A stretch of 64,000 bases of DNA from Mobula hypostoma (taxonomy: Eukaryota). The translations under genes were made by a program, and so were the position numbers. Each line of letters begins with the position of its first letter. The first letter of the stretch is position 1. Shown here in pieces: positions 26,261-40,012 of the stretch. The stretch lies in the NCBI RefSeq assembly GCF_963921235.1, contig NC_086097.1, forward strand, positions 227,232,001 through 227,296,000. The letters are read 5' to 3'. The notes under the pieces were generated by a model that worked only from the letters and a program-made list of their open reading frames with translations, had not been told where the DNA came from and did no database searches.

Positions 26261-26428
26261 ATTGGAGTTCAAACAGCTGAGCTCAACAGACTTGCTGAAA
26301 AATTAACAAATCTGCAGCATGAAGTTTGCAAGCTAAGGAACATTGGTGATGTACAGCAAGAACGGCTGAACGAAGCTGGAAAGTCAATTCAGGAATTTGA
26401 ACATGAACGGAAAATGCTCATGGAGGAG
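26261..26428 (+). CDS. Coding exon C (56 aa, IGVQTAELNRL...KMLMEE)
   Basis: Acceptor ttcttctaataaacag|ATT, donor GAG|gttagt; lies inside ORF 26234-26470. Confidence 0.85.
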
Positions 26429-26911
26429 GTTAGTAGAGGGGAAAATGAGTCTCCCAAATTTAAATCCTGAGTGTAATGGTGGTTTTAACCAGTTATTCAT
26501 AAAATATTTTATAATATTTGTCTTTCTATGAAAAATCACTGGAAATAATTGACTATACCTTCTAATATACTTTACTATTCTACCGGCTGCCTGTGGCTAT
26601 TAAGTTCCATATAAAGCCAGTCCTTCAAAAGCTCCCTTAGATGCACATCATTCAGCTGGGAACCTTGTCTGTTGAAGTCGTTTGCCTATTGAACACAACA
26701 AAATGGTGGGCAAGCCTGAATTGACATCGAAGTGCAAACACTATCAACAGAAGTCTGGGAAACATTTGGAGGAACTGATCTTCCTTTTTCCAACCAAGAT
26801 GCTAAATAGAGTTTGGAAATGATGCCAACTGAATCAACAATTCAGTTGTTTTAATTGTAGAATTCTATATAGATTTATCAATTTGGCAAAATCTATGTGT
26901 GTTAATTATAG

Positions 26912-27154
26912 ATCCAAACCAAAGAAATGAAAATGGTTCAGTTGCACAAAGATTTAGATGTCTCAAAGCAATCTTACACTGATGACTTAGAACAATGGTT
27001 ACAGAAAAGCATTTTGCTGCAAAATTCTTTGGATTTAACTATCAGGGAATTACAGAATACTCGTAGCAAAGTGCAAGAATACAAAACAATTAGAATAAAC
27101 CTCAAAGAACACTTGAATAAGCAAAAGCTTCTTCAACAGGAAACTGCAAAATTA
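26912..27154 (+). CDS. Coding exon D (81 aa, IQTKEMKMVQL...QETAKL)
   Basis: Acceptor aattatag|ATC, canonical donor TTA|gtaagt; overlaps ORF 26927-27172. Confidence 0.87.
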
Positions 27155-27899
27155 GTAAGTATTGTAAAATAGGCCTTTGATTAAATCTTTCTTCATTTAC
27201 ATTTAAAAAAAATATATATGAAGCTCAAGCTATGTGGAAAATACTCTTCCGCGTATTTTCATTCTTGCGTATATAAGTAAGCATTGAAAAATATATTTAA
27301 GCAAATTAGGCGGACTGATGGTTTAGTTGGTGAATTTTAATAATTGGCATCATTTGTTTAATTTCATAAGCGTGAAGTGAAAAGCCATTTCTGTAAGGTA
27401 AAAGAACATCAGTGAAACTGGATCTTGGCAATTTTCCATGTATGCGTAGTTGTTTTTATAAGCAATTACTACCTCATCAAATATTGCTGCAAAACTGATA
27501 TTAGGTTCATTTAAATTAATTTTCTACAAAGGAGCATCTAATATTGCTGTAATGTTTAAATAAAAAGTTGGTACATATTTAAAGTTGCAGTTGCTGAGAT
27601 CATTTAATATAATTTATGTCTTTTGATTCTGGAGTTAATCTGCAGGAACTGAATTGAAAAGGTGTGGAAAGCATGCTCTGGGATTGTGATACCAATTAAC
27701 CTGTGCTCAGTGCCAGGTGCATACAAAAATTGTGCTTTCCTCCTTGTTATTATAATTTAATGTCCAGAAAGCACTTGATTGGCTTTTGCTATATGTATCC
27801 ACTGGATCCAGTTTTATGAATTGCTATCACCATTTGTATTTGACCGATGTATAATTAAATGGAGATCCAAGATGCAACACAGAGCGTCATATGAAGTCA

Positions 27900-28115
27900 T
27901 TCCTGCCTGTGGCCATCAAACTTTACAATTCCTCCCTTGGAGGGTCAGATACCCTGAGCCAATAGGCTGGTCCTGGACTTACTTCATAATTTACTGGCAT
28001 AATTTACATATGTACACAGGATAACTATTTATGGTTCTATTACTGTTTATTACTTATGGTGCAACTGTAACGAAAACCAATTTCCCCCAGGATCAATAAA
28101 GTATAACTATGACTA
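27900..28115 (+). mobile_element. LINE 3' tail fragment
   Basis: ccaatttcccccaggatcaataaagtataactatgacta terminal motif. Confidence 0.4.
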
Positions 28116-29030
28116 TAATACTTGCACTCAGTGGTGGGGGGGTAATTCTGAGTTTTTTGGATATTTGATGGAAGCCATAGCAGAGCATAAATGAGAGATG
28201 GCTGATTATCAAGCTGGCCCCTTACTATTGCGTAAGATTTTGCTTAAAAGTCCAATATGGGTGCATTCAAACATACTGCACAACTTTGCACTCAACATCA
28301 GTAAGAGCAGAGAGCTGAGTGTGGACTTTAGAAAGGGTAGAATGAGGGATCACAAACCAATTCTCATAGAGGGATCAGAAATGGAGAGAGTGAGCAATTT
28401 CAAGTTCCTGGGTGTCAAGATTTCTGAGAATCTAACCTGGTCCCAACAGTTATGAAGAAGGCAAGACAGTGGCTATATTTTATTTGGAGTTTGAGGAGAT
28501 TAGGTTTGTCACCTTAAGACAGTTGAAGACCTCTACACATGTACAGTGGAGAGCATTCTGACTGTCTGCATCACTGTCTAAGATGGGGGAGGAGAGGTGG
28601 CTGATACACAGGATCGAAAGAAGCTACAGAAAGTTGTAAAATTAGTCAACTCCATCTTGGGTACTAGTCTCCACCGTATCCAAGACATCTTCAAGGAGCA
28701 ATGTCTCAGAAAGGCCTTGTGCATCATTAAGGACCCCCATTAACCAGGACATGCACTCTTCTCATTGTTACCATCTGAAAGGAGGTACAGAAGCCAAAAG
28801 GCTCACACTCAGTTTATTCCCCTTTGCCATCTGATTCCTCGAAGGACATTTAGTGAAATTTGAGAGACTACTAGACAGGTATATGGAGGAATTTAAGGTG
28901 GGGGGGGTTATATGGGAGGCAGGGTTTGAGGGTCGGCACACATTATGGGCCGAAGGGCCTGTACTGTGCTGTACTATTCTATGTTCTATTACTTCACTTT
29001 TATTATTTCTATTTTTACGCTGATTTTAAT

Positions 29031-32000
29031 TTAGACCATAAGACCATAAGACAAAGGAGCAGAAGTCGGCCATTCCGCCCATCGAGTCTGCTCCACCATT
29101 TTATCATGAGCTGATCCATTCTCCCATTTAGTCCCACTCCCCCGTCTTCTCACCATAACCTTTGATGCCCTGGCTACTCAGATACCTATCAATCTCTGCC
29201 TTAAATACACCCAATGACTTGGCCTCCACTGCCACCAGTGGCAACAAATTCCATAGATTCACCACCCTCTGGCTAAAAAAAATTCTTCGCATCTCTGTTC
29301 TGAATGGGCGCCCTTCAATCCTTAATTCATGCCCTCTTGTACTAGACTCCCCCATCATGGGAAACAACTTTGCCACATCCACTCTTTCCATGCCTTTCAA
29401 CATTCGAAATGTTTCTATGAGGGCTCCCCTCATTTTTCTAAACTCCGAGGAATACAGTCCAAGAGCGGACAAACGTTCCTCATATGTTAACCCTCTCATT
29501 CCCAGAATCATTGTAGTGAATCTTCTCTGTACCCTCTCCAACGTCAGCACATCCTTTCTTAAATAAGGAGACCAAAACTGCCTACAGTACTCCAAGTGAG
29601 GTCTCACCAGCGCCTTATAGAGCCTCAACATCACATCCCTGCTCCTATACTCTGTTCCTCTAGAAATGAATGTCAACATTGCATTCACCTTCTTCACCAC
29701 CGACTCAACCTGGAGGTTAACCTTAAGGGTATCCTGTACAAGGACTCCCAAGTCCCACTGCATCTCAGAACTTTGAATTCTCTCCCCATTTAAGTAATAG
29801 CCTGCCGGTTTATTTCTTCTGCCAAAGTGTATAACAATACACTTTCCAATATTGTATTTTATTTGCCACTTCTTTGCCCATTCTTCCAATCTATCCAAGT
29901 CTCTCTGCAGACTGTCAGTTTCCTCAGCACTGCCGGCCCCTCCACCTATCTTCGTATCATCAGCAAACTTAGCCACAAAGTCATCTATTCCATAATCCAA
30001 ATCGTTGATGTACAATGTAAAAAGACGCGGCCCCAACACGTACCCTTGTGGAACACCACTGGTAACTGGCAGCCAACCAGAATAGGATCCCTTTATTCCC
30101 ACTCTCTGTTTCTTGCCAATCAGCCAATGCTCTATCCACATATGTAACTTTCCCGTAATTCCATGGGCTCTTATCTTGTTAAGTAGCCTCATGTGTGGCA
30201 CCCTGTCAAAGGCCTTCTGCAAATCCAAATATACAGCATCCACTGCATCTCCCTTGTCCAGCCTACTGGTAATTTCCTCAAAAAATATAATAGGTTTTTC
30301 AGGCAGGATTTTCCTTTAAGGAATCCATGCTGAGTTCTGCCTATCTTATCATATGCCTCCAGGTACACTGTAACCTCATCCTTGACAATCGACTCCAACA
30401 ACTTCCCAACCACAGGTGTCAAGCTAACAGGTATATAATTTCCTTTTTGCTTCCTTGCCCCCTTCTTAAATAGCGGAGTGACATTTGCAATCTTCCAGTC
30501 CTCCGGAACCATGCCAGAATCTATCGACTTTTGAAAGATCATCGCTAATGCCCCCGCAATCTCCACAGCTACTTCCTTCAGAACACGAGGGTGCATTCCA
30601 TCTGGTCCGGGAGATTTATCTACCTTTAGACTATTCAGCTTCCTGAGTACTTACTCTGTCATAATTGTGACTGCGCACACTTCTCTTCCCTGCCACCCTT
30701 GAGTGTCCGGTATACAGCTGATGTCTTCCTCAGTGAAGACTGATGCAAAATACTCATTCAGTTCCTCCGCCATCTCCTTATCTCCCATTACAATTTCTCC
30801 AGCATCATTTTCTATCGGTCGTATATCTAATCTCACCTGTCTTTTGCTCTTTATATACTTGAAAAAGCTTTTAGTATCCACTTTGATATTATTTGCTAGC
30901 TTCCTTTCTTAGTTAATCTTTTCCCTCTTAATGACCTTCTTAGTTTCCTTTTGTAAGCTTTTAAAAACTTCCCAATCCTCTGTCTTCCCACTAATTTTTG
31001 CTTCCTTGTACACCCTCTCCTTTGCCTTAACTTTGGCTTTGACTTCTCTTGTCAGCCACGGTTGCATCCTTTTTCCATTCGAAAATTTCTTCATTTTTGG
31101 AATATACCTGTCTTGCTCCTTCCTCATTTCTCGCGTAAGCTGCAGCCACTGCTGCTCTGCCGTCTTTCCCGCCAGTGTCTCTTTCCAGTCAACTTTGGCC
31201 AGTTCCTCTCTCGTGCCACTATAATTTCCTTTACTCCACTGAAATACCAACACATCAGATTTTGGCATCTCTTTTTCAAATTTCACAGTGAACTCAATCG
31301 TGTTATGATCACTGCCTCTTAAGGGTTCCTTCACCTCAATCTCTCTAATCACCTCCAGTTCATTACACAATACCCAATCCAGTATAGCCGATCCCTTAGT
31401 GGGCTCAACAACAAGCTGTTCTAAAAAGCCATCTCGCAGACATTCTACAAATTCTCTCTCTTGAGATCCAGTGCTGACCTGATTTTCCCAATCCACTCGC
31501 ATGTTAAAATCCCCCACAATTATCATAACACTGTCCTTCTGACAAGCCTTTTCTATTTCCTGTTGTAATTTGTAGTCCACATCACTGCAGCTGTTTGGAG
31601 GCCTGTATATAACTGCATTCAGGGTCCTTTTACCCCTGCGATTTCTTAGCTCAACCCATAAAGATTCTGCACCTTCCGATCCTATGTCACCTCTTTCTAA
31701 TAATTTAATATAATTTCTTACCAATAAAGCCACACCTCCCCCTCTGCCTACCTTCCTATCCTTCCGATACACCGTGTATCCTTGGACGTTCAGCTCCCAG
31801 AGACATGCATCCTTTAGCCATGTCTCAGTGATGGCCACAATATCATACCTGCCAATCTGTAGCTGTACAACAAGATTATCTTTATTCCTTTATTCCTTTA
31901 TTCACTTTATTCCTTATGCTGCGTGCATTTAAGTATAACACCTTAAGACCAGTATTTGGTACTGTTCGCTTAGATTTCACTGCAACTTTATTGCACTGCA

Positions 32001-32187
32001 ACTCATCCCAATGATAGTGACACCACACTATCCAAATTTGCTCCATCACCTGCCTGTCTTTCCTGACATCTTTACTGCTCACTATCTTAGATTTATTTCT
32101 GTTTTCCCCTTCCTCTGCTCTATCATTCCGGTTTCCATCCCCCTGCCAAATTAGTTTAAACCCTCCCTAACAGCTCTATTAAACCTT
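29031..32187 (-). mobile_element. CR1 LINE with near-complete ORF2 (APE endonuclease plus RT), several stops and frameshifts
   Basis: YLNARSIRNK, ITETW, GDFN, GSDH, YLDLQKAFD, GVPQG and FADD motifs; 3' UTR and tail. Confidence 0.95.
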
Positions 32188-32197
32188 CCCCCCGCCC

Positions 32198-32207
32198 CAC
32201 ACACACA

Positions 32208-32251
<44 letters not shown>

Positions 32252-32337
32252 TGTATATGTGTGTATACATATAGATATATGCATGTGTGTGTGTATATGT
32301 GTATATATACACACATACATACATACACACACACACT
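32198..32337. repeat. Compound (CA)n/(TA)/(TG) microsatellite
   Basis: Direct dinucleotide runs. Confidence 0.9.
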
Positions 32338-34091
32338 TACTGTAATTGGTTTACTCATTTTCCCCTATATTATCATGTATTGCATTGTACTGCTGCTGCT
32401 AAGGTAATAAATTTCATGATGTATGCCGGTGATATTAAACTTGATTCTGATTCTGATATGGATGCTCTTATTGTCGGTGAATCTCTACTGATTTGCTGAC
32501 TGCTACTGTGTATCTCAGAAGAGATAAATTCCCTCTCTGCGTATAGATATCCTCTCTCACTTTCAGGTTATAGTGCAATGTATATTGTGACTCCAAAATC
32601 ATCTTTGTCTGCACTGACTATTGCTAAGAAACATACTGAGGGTCATGGTCGCTTACTAGTAAACATCTGTAGGAACAATTGTGGTAGATCTTGGCCATCA
32701 AATCCAAGCAAAGCTCCTCTGGTGACACAGACTTATCACAACAGCTCCATGCATGCAAAACTTCCTCTAAAGTGGGAATTGAGGATGGCTTGCATCCACT
32801 CTATGATTGTGCATTAAGAAGTGGTTAACGAGGCCAGTGTGGGAACAGCAGGCTCTTTCACTAATGTGGTAGCAGGTCGTTGATGGGGCAAGTGGCAGGG
32901 TTATTTTTTTGAGGTGGTGTTCTACTTCTGCCAATTACACAGTGTTTCTGTCTGCTTCCTGTGCAATGCACAAAGTTCTCAATGCCATCCTGAATGCTCC
33001 CTTTGTATTTGGACTGGTCGTGGGCTAGAGATTCCTGTGAATCAGTGGGAAAGTTATCTGTTTTTCTCTGTCTGCCTGGTAAACTTGTCCCATGACAGGG
33101 CTCACAATGGAGTGTTGGCTTTGGCTGCCTTCCATTTGAAAGATCAAATAGTGTGTCCACCCTAATCTGACCATTTTAGAGTACTGATAGCCTTACTGCT
33201 AAGGATTTTGGCCTGGGAGAGGATGCTGATGTCAGTTTCCTCTTCCTCTGCTGAATTTGGAAGTTATACCTACTTGGTTTAAAATATTCTTATAACAGAT
33301 TCCTTGCTATCTGGGTTCCTTATGGCTTCTCTCTTAGTCTTAAAGGAATGAACAATAATTTCACATTTATGCCAGCAAATACATAAAAGGCGAAAGTATA
33401 ATTTGAGAACATATTATCAACTCTTTCCAAAGCACTTTCCATAGTGCATAGTGAAAATTACCCCAATGTTACAATTAAGGATCACAGTTTTCTCCAATTG
33501 AACTCCAAATCAAATACTAACCAAACTAGAAACCTTTCTAAATCTCTTTGAATAAGACAGGAAGTTCTTAATGTTGTTTGACCAAAGTTTAACATTTTAC
33601 ATTAACTGGATTGCTAAGGCCCAACATGACACCACGCTATCCAATTTGCTAAGCAATGTCAAACATGTCAAAGTTGAGTTTATTATCATCTTCACAAGTA
33701 CATGTATGCACAGTTGCATCAGAAAAACTTACTTGCAGTGGCGACACAGGCACATCATACCTTCTTCCTGGAAGTCCGTTGGGAACAACGATGACATCAG
33801 TGACGCCTCTGATGAGAGCGAAGCCTGAACTGGGAAGCATATCAAATAAGCAGCATTGACAAGAAAGTCATAAATAAAGCACAAGTTACAAGATAGAAGG
33901 CAATTAGAACAATAAAAATGAATTATAGTGCAAAGCGATCAAAGTGGTCATAGTGTTTCTGTACTGAGGTGGTGATTAGTATTGTGCTGATTGGTTCAAG
34001 CTGTACCTGAGCCTGGTGGTCTGGTATGTCAGTCTTTTCTACCTGCTGCTAGATGATAGCTGCAAGAAGAATGCATGGCCCAGATGGTAGG

Positions 34092-34291
34092 TGTGGTGAT
34101 ATCACGTGCCGTGATGTGCCACTACATGATTGGACAGAGCACTGAGCATGCGTGGGATTGCCAGAATGTTCCAGCACGTGGCTGGGTTAAGACGTGTTTG
34201 TTTATTACTGTAAATAAAAGTTCTCTAATTCTTCCAGAATATGATTCTTTATTGTTAACCCATGGTACGTTTAAACAGAAGTAACATAACA
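34092..34291 (+). repeat. 5' LTR of Mag-like element
   Basis: Direct repeat of 38993-39190; contains aataaa. Confidence 0.95.
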
Positions 34292-34306
34292 TGGTGTCAG
34301 AAGTGG
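34292..34306 (+). promoter_or_regulatory. Primer binding site, tRNA-Leu type
   Basis: tggtgtcagaagtgg immediately after the LTR; matches the 3' end of tRNA-Leu(CAA) from recall. Confidence 0.75.
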
Positions 34307-34395
34307 TTCTGGAAGAATAATACAGGAGAATCGAGAATCGAAGATAATTGAAAAAAAAAGAGAAGAAGAAAAAATTTCGAACTGTAAATGGTAAA

Positions 34396-37300
34396 ATGGA
34401 AGGTTTACAGCCCCCACCAAAACTTCAGCTGACTGGCAATGTAGCTGAGAATTGGACGATATTCAAGCAACGGTTTGAACTGTGCTTATCAGCGATCAAT
34501 TATGAAGAAAAATTGGAAAAAATCAAAGCTGCGCTTTTGGTCCATGTAATCAAGAATGACGCAGTAGAGGTATATAATAATTTTGTCTTTGAAGTTGAAG
34601 ATAATTTCAATTTAACTTCAATAGTGGACAGATTTGAAGTATTTTGTATACCTAAGAGTAATTTAATGTATGAGCGATATAAATTCTTCACATGTGTGCA
34701 GAGAGCCGCTGAAACAATTGATCAGTATGTTACTGAGTTAAGAAAGCATAGTAGAACATGTGAGTTTGGATTGCTCATGGACTCTCTCATTATAGATAGA
34801 CTTGTTTGTGGCATTCGAGATAATGCTCTGAGAGAAAGGCTGTCGAGAGAGCAAGATTTAAATTTTGAAAAAGCTTTGGCGCTTTGCAAAGCTTCTGAGA
34901 CCGTGACATTGCAGGCTGAAGAGCTTTTTGTTGAAAACTGCAATGTATACGCTGTAAAAAAAACCGCAAATATGTCAAGAAGTATAATAATACGTCGACG
35001 AAACCGGCAGAGAACAAGAACGGCATTGGAAAGAAAAAAGTCATGTGATCGCTCTGCGTGTGAACATCATCCAAATCAGTGTCCCGCATATGGCAAAATT
35101 TGCAATGTCTGCAGTAAGATTAATCATTTTTCATGCTGTTGTAAAAGTAGAAAGAAGGAAAATAGAATGAAACAAGTAAATGCTGTACTTGAAGATGAAT
35201 GTGAGGAATTTTATATAGATGTGCTTTGTGAAAATAAACAAAGTAAGAATGACTGGACTATTCCATTGCAAGTGAATCAAAACAATATTCTGTTTAAACA
35301 ATACTGGAGCGCAAGTAAATGTTCTTGCAGGAATCTGAGTTTAATGCTTTAAAGCCAAGACCGAAGTTACATCAGATAAATATAAAAGTGACTGGGTATT
35401 CAGGTGCAGACATTCCAGTTAAAGGAACATGCGTGGCAAAGGTATCACACAAAAATATTGTGCTTTTATTTGTGGTCGTGCCAAAAAATGTACAGTCAAT
35501 TCTGGGTTTACCTGCTTGTGAAAGACTTAATTTGGTGAAAAGAATTTTCGTCCTGGACAGTGACACAGAATCAGAATACAGTGACTTGATGAAAATGAAG
35601 ACTTGTTTAAAGGGCTTGGTTGTCTTCCAGGAGAGCACTCGATTAAAATTGACAACACAGTGCAACCCGTAATACATCCATGCAGAAAAGTACCTTTTGC
35701 ATTACGTCATCAGCTGAAAACAGAGCTAGACAGAATGGAAAGGCTAGGAGTCAGAAAAAAAAATTGATGAAACAACTGAATGGGTCAATTCGCTTGTCAT
35801 TGTTGATAAGTAAAATGGAAAACTGAGGATTTGTTTAGACCCAAGAGACCTGAATTGGACCATTAAGAGAGAGCATTTCAAATTGCCTATGAAGAAATTA
35901 TGTCACAGTTTGCTAATGCAAAGTATTTTAGTAAATTAGATGCATCCTCCGGATTCTGGCAACTCAAATTAGATGAACCGAGTTCAAAATTGTGTACCTT
36001 TAACACTCCGTTTGCCAGATACTGTTTTCTTAGGCTCCCTTTTGGAATTGCATCAGCTCCTGAAGTGTACCATAAAACCATTCACATGTTATATGACCAC
36101 ATTGAGGACATGGATATATCTATGGATGATATTATTATTTGGGGATCGACTAAACAAGAGCATGCCACCAGGCTCATACAAGTCTTTGAGGCAACACACA
36201 AGGCTCACCTGAAATTGAATAAAGACAAATGTTAGCTAGGAGTGACTGAACTTACATTTGTGGGTGATATCATCAGCAAGGAGGGTGTGCGTCCTGATCC
36301 ATTGAAGGTTTCTGCTACTGAGAATATGCCAAGACCGCATTGTAAAAAGGATGTTCAGAGGTTTATGGGAATGGTTAACTATATGGGAATGGTTAACTAT
36401 ATGGGAAAATTTATACTCAGTCTCTCGGAATAGCTTGCTCCATTGAGGTATCTAACAGAAAAGAGAAAATGAATGGAGCTGGAACCATAAACAGAAGAAG
36501 GCATGGCAAAATCTCAAGAAAGTACGCACAAAAGAACCTGTGTTGAAATTTTATGATGCTGAGAGAGCAATCAAAATCTCATGTGATGCATCTCAAGCAG
36601 GCTTAGGGGCAGTATTACTCCAGAAACGTGATCAGGAATGGCTACCAGTGACATCTGCATCTGGTGCATTATCTGATCCAGAAACAAGGTATGCCCAAAT
36701 TAAAAAAAAATTGCTCAGCATTATGTTTGCTTGTGAGAGATTTTATCAGTTTGTGTCAGGGCAATCTATTGATGTTGAAACCGATCATAAGCTGTTGATT
36801 GCATTGCTTAACAGATCTTTAAGCCTGTCCTTTGCGAATTCAGTGAATGATGATCAAATTGCAAAGATATGCGTTGAATGTGTCATACACACCTGGAAAA
36901 TTCTTGTACACGGCTGTCACACTTTCCAGAGCTGTGGATCCAACAACAAAAGACAGTCACAAGAACGCTATTGATGTTCAGGTATTTATTGATATGGTCA
37001 TAGAAATTGTACCTGTTGCTCCCAAAAAGTTGGAACTGCTGCGTCTTGAGACAGAGAAGGACAAAAATCTCACTCAGGTAATACAAGTGGTGTTGAACGG
37101 ATGGCCTGACTGTACCTCAGTAGTACAAGATTATTGGAACCACAGATAAAAACTGTCTGTTATGGATGGGATATTGTACAAATGTAGTAGAATTATTATA
37201 CCTAAAAGTCTCCGTAAAGAAATAGACAATAGACAATAGGTGCAGGAGTCGGCCATTTGGCCCTTCGAGCCAGCACCACCATTCACTGTGATCATGGCTG

Positions 37301-38793
37301 ATCATCCACTATCAGTATCCAGTTCCTGCCCTATCCCCATAACCTTTGATTCCGCTATCTTTAAGAACTCTATCCATCTCTTTTTTGAAGGCATCCAGAG
37401 ACTTGGCCTCCACAGCCTTCTGGGGCAGAGCAGTCCATATATCCACCACTCTCTGGGTGAAAAAGTTTTTCCTCAACTCCGTTCTAAATGGCTTACCCCT
37501 AATTCTTAAACTGTGGCCTCTGGTTCTGGACTCACCCATAAGCGGGAACATGCTTCCTGCCTGCAGCGTGTCCAATCCCTTAATCATCTTATATGTTTCA
37601 ATAAGATCCCCTCTCAGCCTTCTAAATTCCAGAGTATACAAGCCCAGTCGCTCCAATCTTTCGACATATGACAGTCCCGCCATTGCGGGAATTAATCTTG
37701 TGAACCTACGCTGCACTCCCTCAATAGCAAGAAAGTCCTTCCTCAAATTTGGAGACCAAAACTGCACACACTACTCCAGGTGTGGTCTCACCAGGGCCTT
37801 GTACAGCTGCAGAAGGACCTCTTTGCTCTTATACTCAATTCCCCTTGTTATGAAGACCAGCATGCCATTAGCTGTCTTCACTGCCTGCTGATAAATGTTT
37901 GATAAGATTCATGAAGGCCACCTAGGCATTGAAAAATGTAAGATAAGGGCATGGGAAGTGATGATTTGGCCCAGGATGAATCAAGAGATTGCAGGATTGG
38001 TGTCTTCTTGTCAAATATGTCTTAAATACCAACCTAGCAACCCTAAGGAGCCACTGCATCCACACCCAAATCCTCAGAGGCCTTATCAGAAGGTAGGCAT
38101 TGTGATCTTTTTATAACTAACAACAAAGACTATCTACTAATAACAGATTACTACTCATTGTATCCTAAAGTGTGTTGTCTGGGCAGAACGACTGCAGAAA
38201 ATGTAATTACATACATGAAATTGGTTTTTTCAAGACATGGTGTACCTGATGAAGTTTAAACAGACAATGGTCCACAATTTAGTAGTGAATGCATGAAACA
38301 TTTTGCTCGTGGATGGGGCTTTGTTCATACAACATCTAGTCCATTTTTCCCTCAGTATAATGGATTAGTTGAGAAATTGGTAGGAATTGTCAAGAAACTG
38401 ATGCACAAAGCAAAAGATAGTGGAAGTGATTTTTATAAAGCCTTGTTAGCCTACCGCAGTACTCTACTTGAATGTGGATTTTTGCCTCAGCTCTTGATGG
38501 GACGACGTTTGAGATCTAATCTGCCAATGGATGAGAACCTTCTGAAAACAGAGGAAGGTGAAGAAGTGAAAAGATGGAAAGATGAACACAAAGCAAAGCA
38601 GAAAATATACTTTGATAGATGTTCTCATCCATTACCTGAACTGCATCAGGGAGATGAAGTGAGGATACAAGACGAAATGAACACATGGACACAGAAAGCT
38701 ACAGTACTTGAAGAAATACAACCCAGATCATACACGGTCCAAACAGAGGAGGGAGCAGTGGTAAGAAGGAATCACAAAGACCTCAAGAAATAG
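34396..38793 (+). pseudogene. Disrupted gag-pol of Mag-like element
   Basis: Gag with two decayed zinc knuckles; RT KLDASSGFWQ, RLPFG and SMDD; RH CDASQAGLGAVL; INT HEGHLG and DNGPQF; many stops and frameshifts. Confidence 0.9.
37224..37892 (-). mobile_element. CR1 3' fragment nested in the Gypsy pol just upstream of the integrase HHCC motif
   Basis: ORF 37312-37767 and (agacaat)n tail; splits PKSLRKE|MFDKIHEGH. Confidence 0.9.
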
Positions 38794-38992
38794 CCAACTT
38801 CAGAGATTCAGTTAACTGATGCAGACGAGACAAAACATGTAAATAATAACAAGGAAACACAAGATCTGTGTGTACCACTTAGAAGGTCTACTCATGTTCG
38901 TAAACCCACATAGAGACTGATAGAGACTTGTTGAATTATCTATTTGCTTTGATTAACGTTGTTAATTGTTTTTCTGTTTAAGGAAAGGAAGA

Positions 38993-39190
38993 TGTGGTGA
39001 TATCACGTGCAATGATATGCCAGTACATGATCGGACAGAGCACTGAGCAAGCGGGATTGACAGAATGTTCCAGCACGTGGCTGGGTTAAGACGTGTTTGT
39101 TTATTACTGTAAATAAAAGTTCTCTAATTCTTCCAAAATATGATTCTTTACTGTTAACCCACGGTACGTTTAAACAGAAGTAACATAACA
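38993..39190 (+). repeat. 3' LTR of Mag-like element
   Basis: Preceded by the polypurine tract; TG...CA termini. Confidence 0.95.
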
Positions 39191-39790
39191 GTCGGCATCT
39201 TGATGACAACTGTTGCCTTCTTAAGACAGCACCTATGTAGATGTTACCAATGGTGTGAGGGATGTGACTATGATGCATTGGGGCGAATCCACTACTCTCT
39301 CATTTTTATGTTAAATCATAAACAAAACTGGGAAGAAATCTGACTTATCGCACCATAAAAAGCAGAGCTATGTTGCAGTTTCCCAGTTTGCATTTTATAA
39401 TGATCTGACAGTATTCCTTACACAAATGATTTCTGGAGAATACAGATGACCCCACATGTTGCAGGAGAGATTGTGTTTCTAGAAGAAATATGTGTGTCCT
39501 GATTTTCTGTAAAGCAAAGCCACATTACATGCACAAGTATCAAAAATATGTCTTTATGTATTTAGTTTTATGAACAATAAATTCCATAAGAGTAAATATT
39601 GATTCTATATCCCAAATTTTTTGGTAATGATTTGTGAATTTTATGAAGCAAAAATGTATACAAACTGCTTTAATGCAGGAATCTGCCTGTATACCCATCA
39701 ATATGTCAATTTCTGGAAAGTTAAACAGCCTGTCACAAGCCAAGGAAAATTGCAACTGCTTTTTAACAAAGTAAGTTAATTGTTTTATAG

Positions 39791-40012
39791 GTTGGAAAGC
39801 ATGAAGACACCATTAAAAAAGAGAAATCTGAGAATATGCATTTAAGAAAGCAGATTGAGCTTCTACAAAATCAAGTTACAGAAAGCCACAATCAGGCATT
39901 GACTTCTGAATCTACTGCAGATCTATACAAACAGAAATATCAGACAAGCACTGACAGGATACATCACCTGGAGAATCATGTGCAAAACCTTAAAGAAGAA
40001 TCAAATCATCAG
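39791..40012 (+). CDS. Coding exon E (74 aa, VGKHEDTIKKE...EESNHQ)
   Basis: Acceptor tgttttatag|GTT, donor CAG|gtatgg; overlaps ORF 39836-40030. Confidence 0.87.

Larger units (their letters stand above)
28270..32460 (+). mobile_element. Rex1/Babar-like LINE 3' part (about 28270-28850, 28990-29030 and 32190-32460), split by CR1 insertions
   Basis: LNISKSRELSVDFRK...FKFLGVKISENLTWS; the gattct tail resumes after the CR1 copy. Confidence 0.65.
34092..39190 (+). mobile_element. Full-length decayed Gypsy (Mag-like) LTR retrotransposon
   Basis: About 200-bp TG...CA LTRs, 5-bp TSD gtagg/gtcgg, PBS, PPT aaggaaaggaaga, domain order gag-PR-RT-RH-INT. Confidence 0.95.

Noticed and set aside
32151..32499. 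Cys/Val- and His/Thr-rich ORFs
   Set aside because: Translations of the dinucleotide microsatellite.
22172..37891. Similar ORFs at 22172-22576, 29162-29566 and 37346-37891 as a gene family
   Set aside because: They are antisense frames of the conserved CR1 3' coding region.
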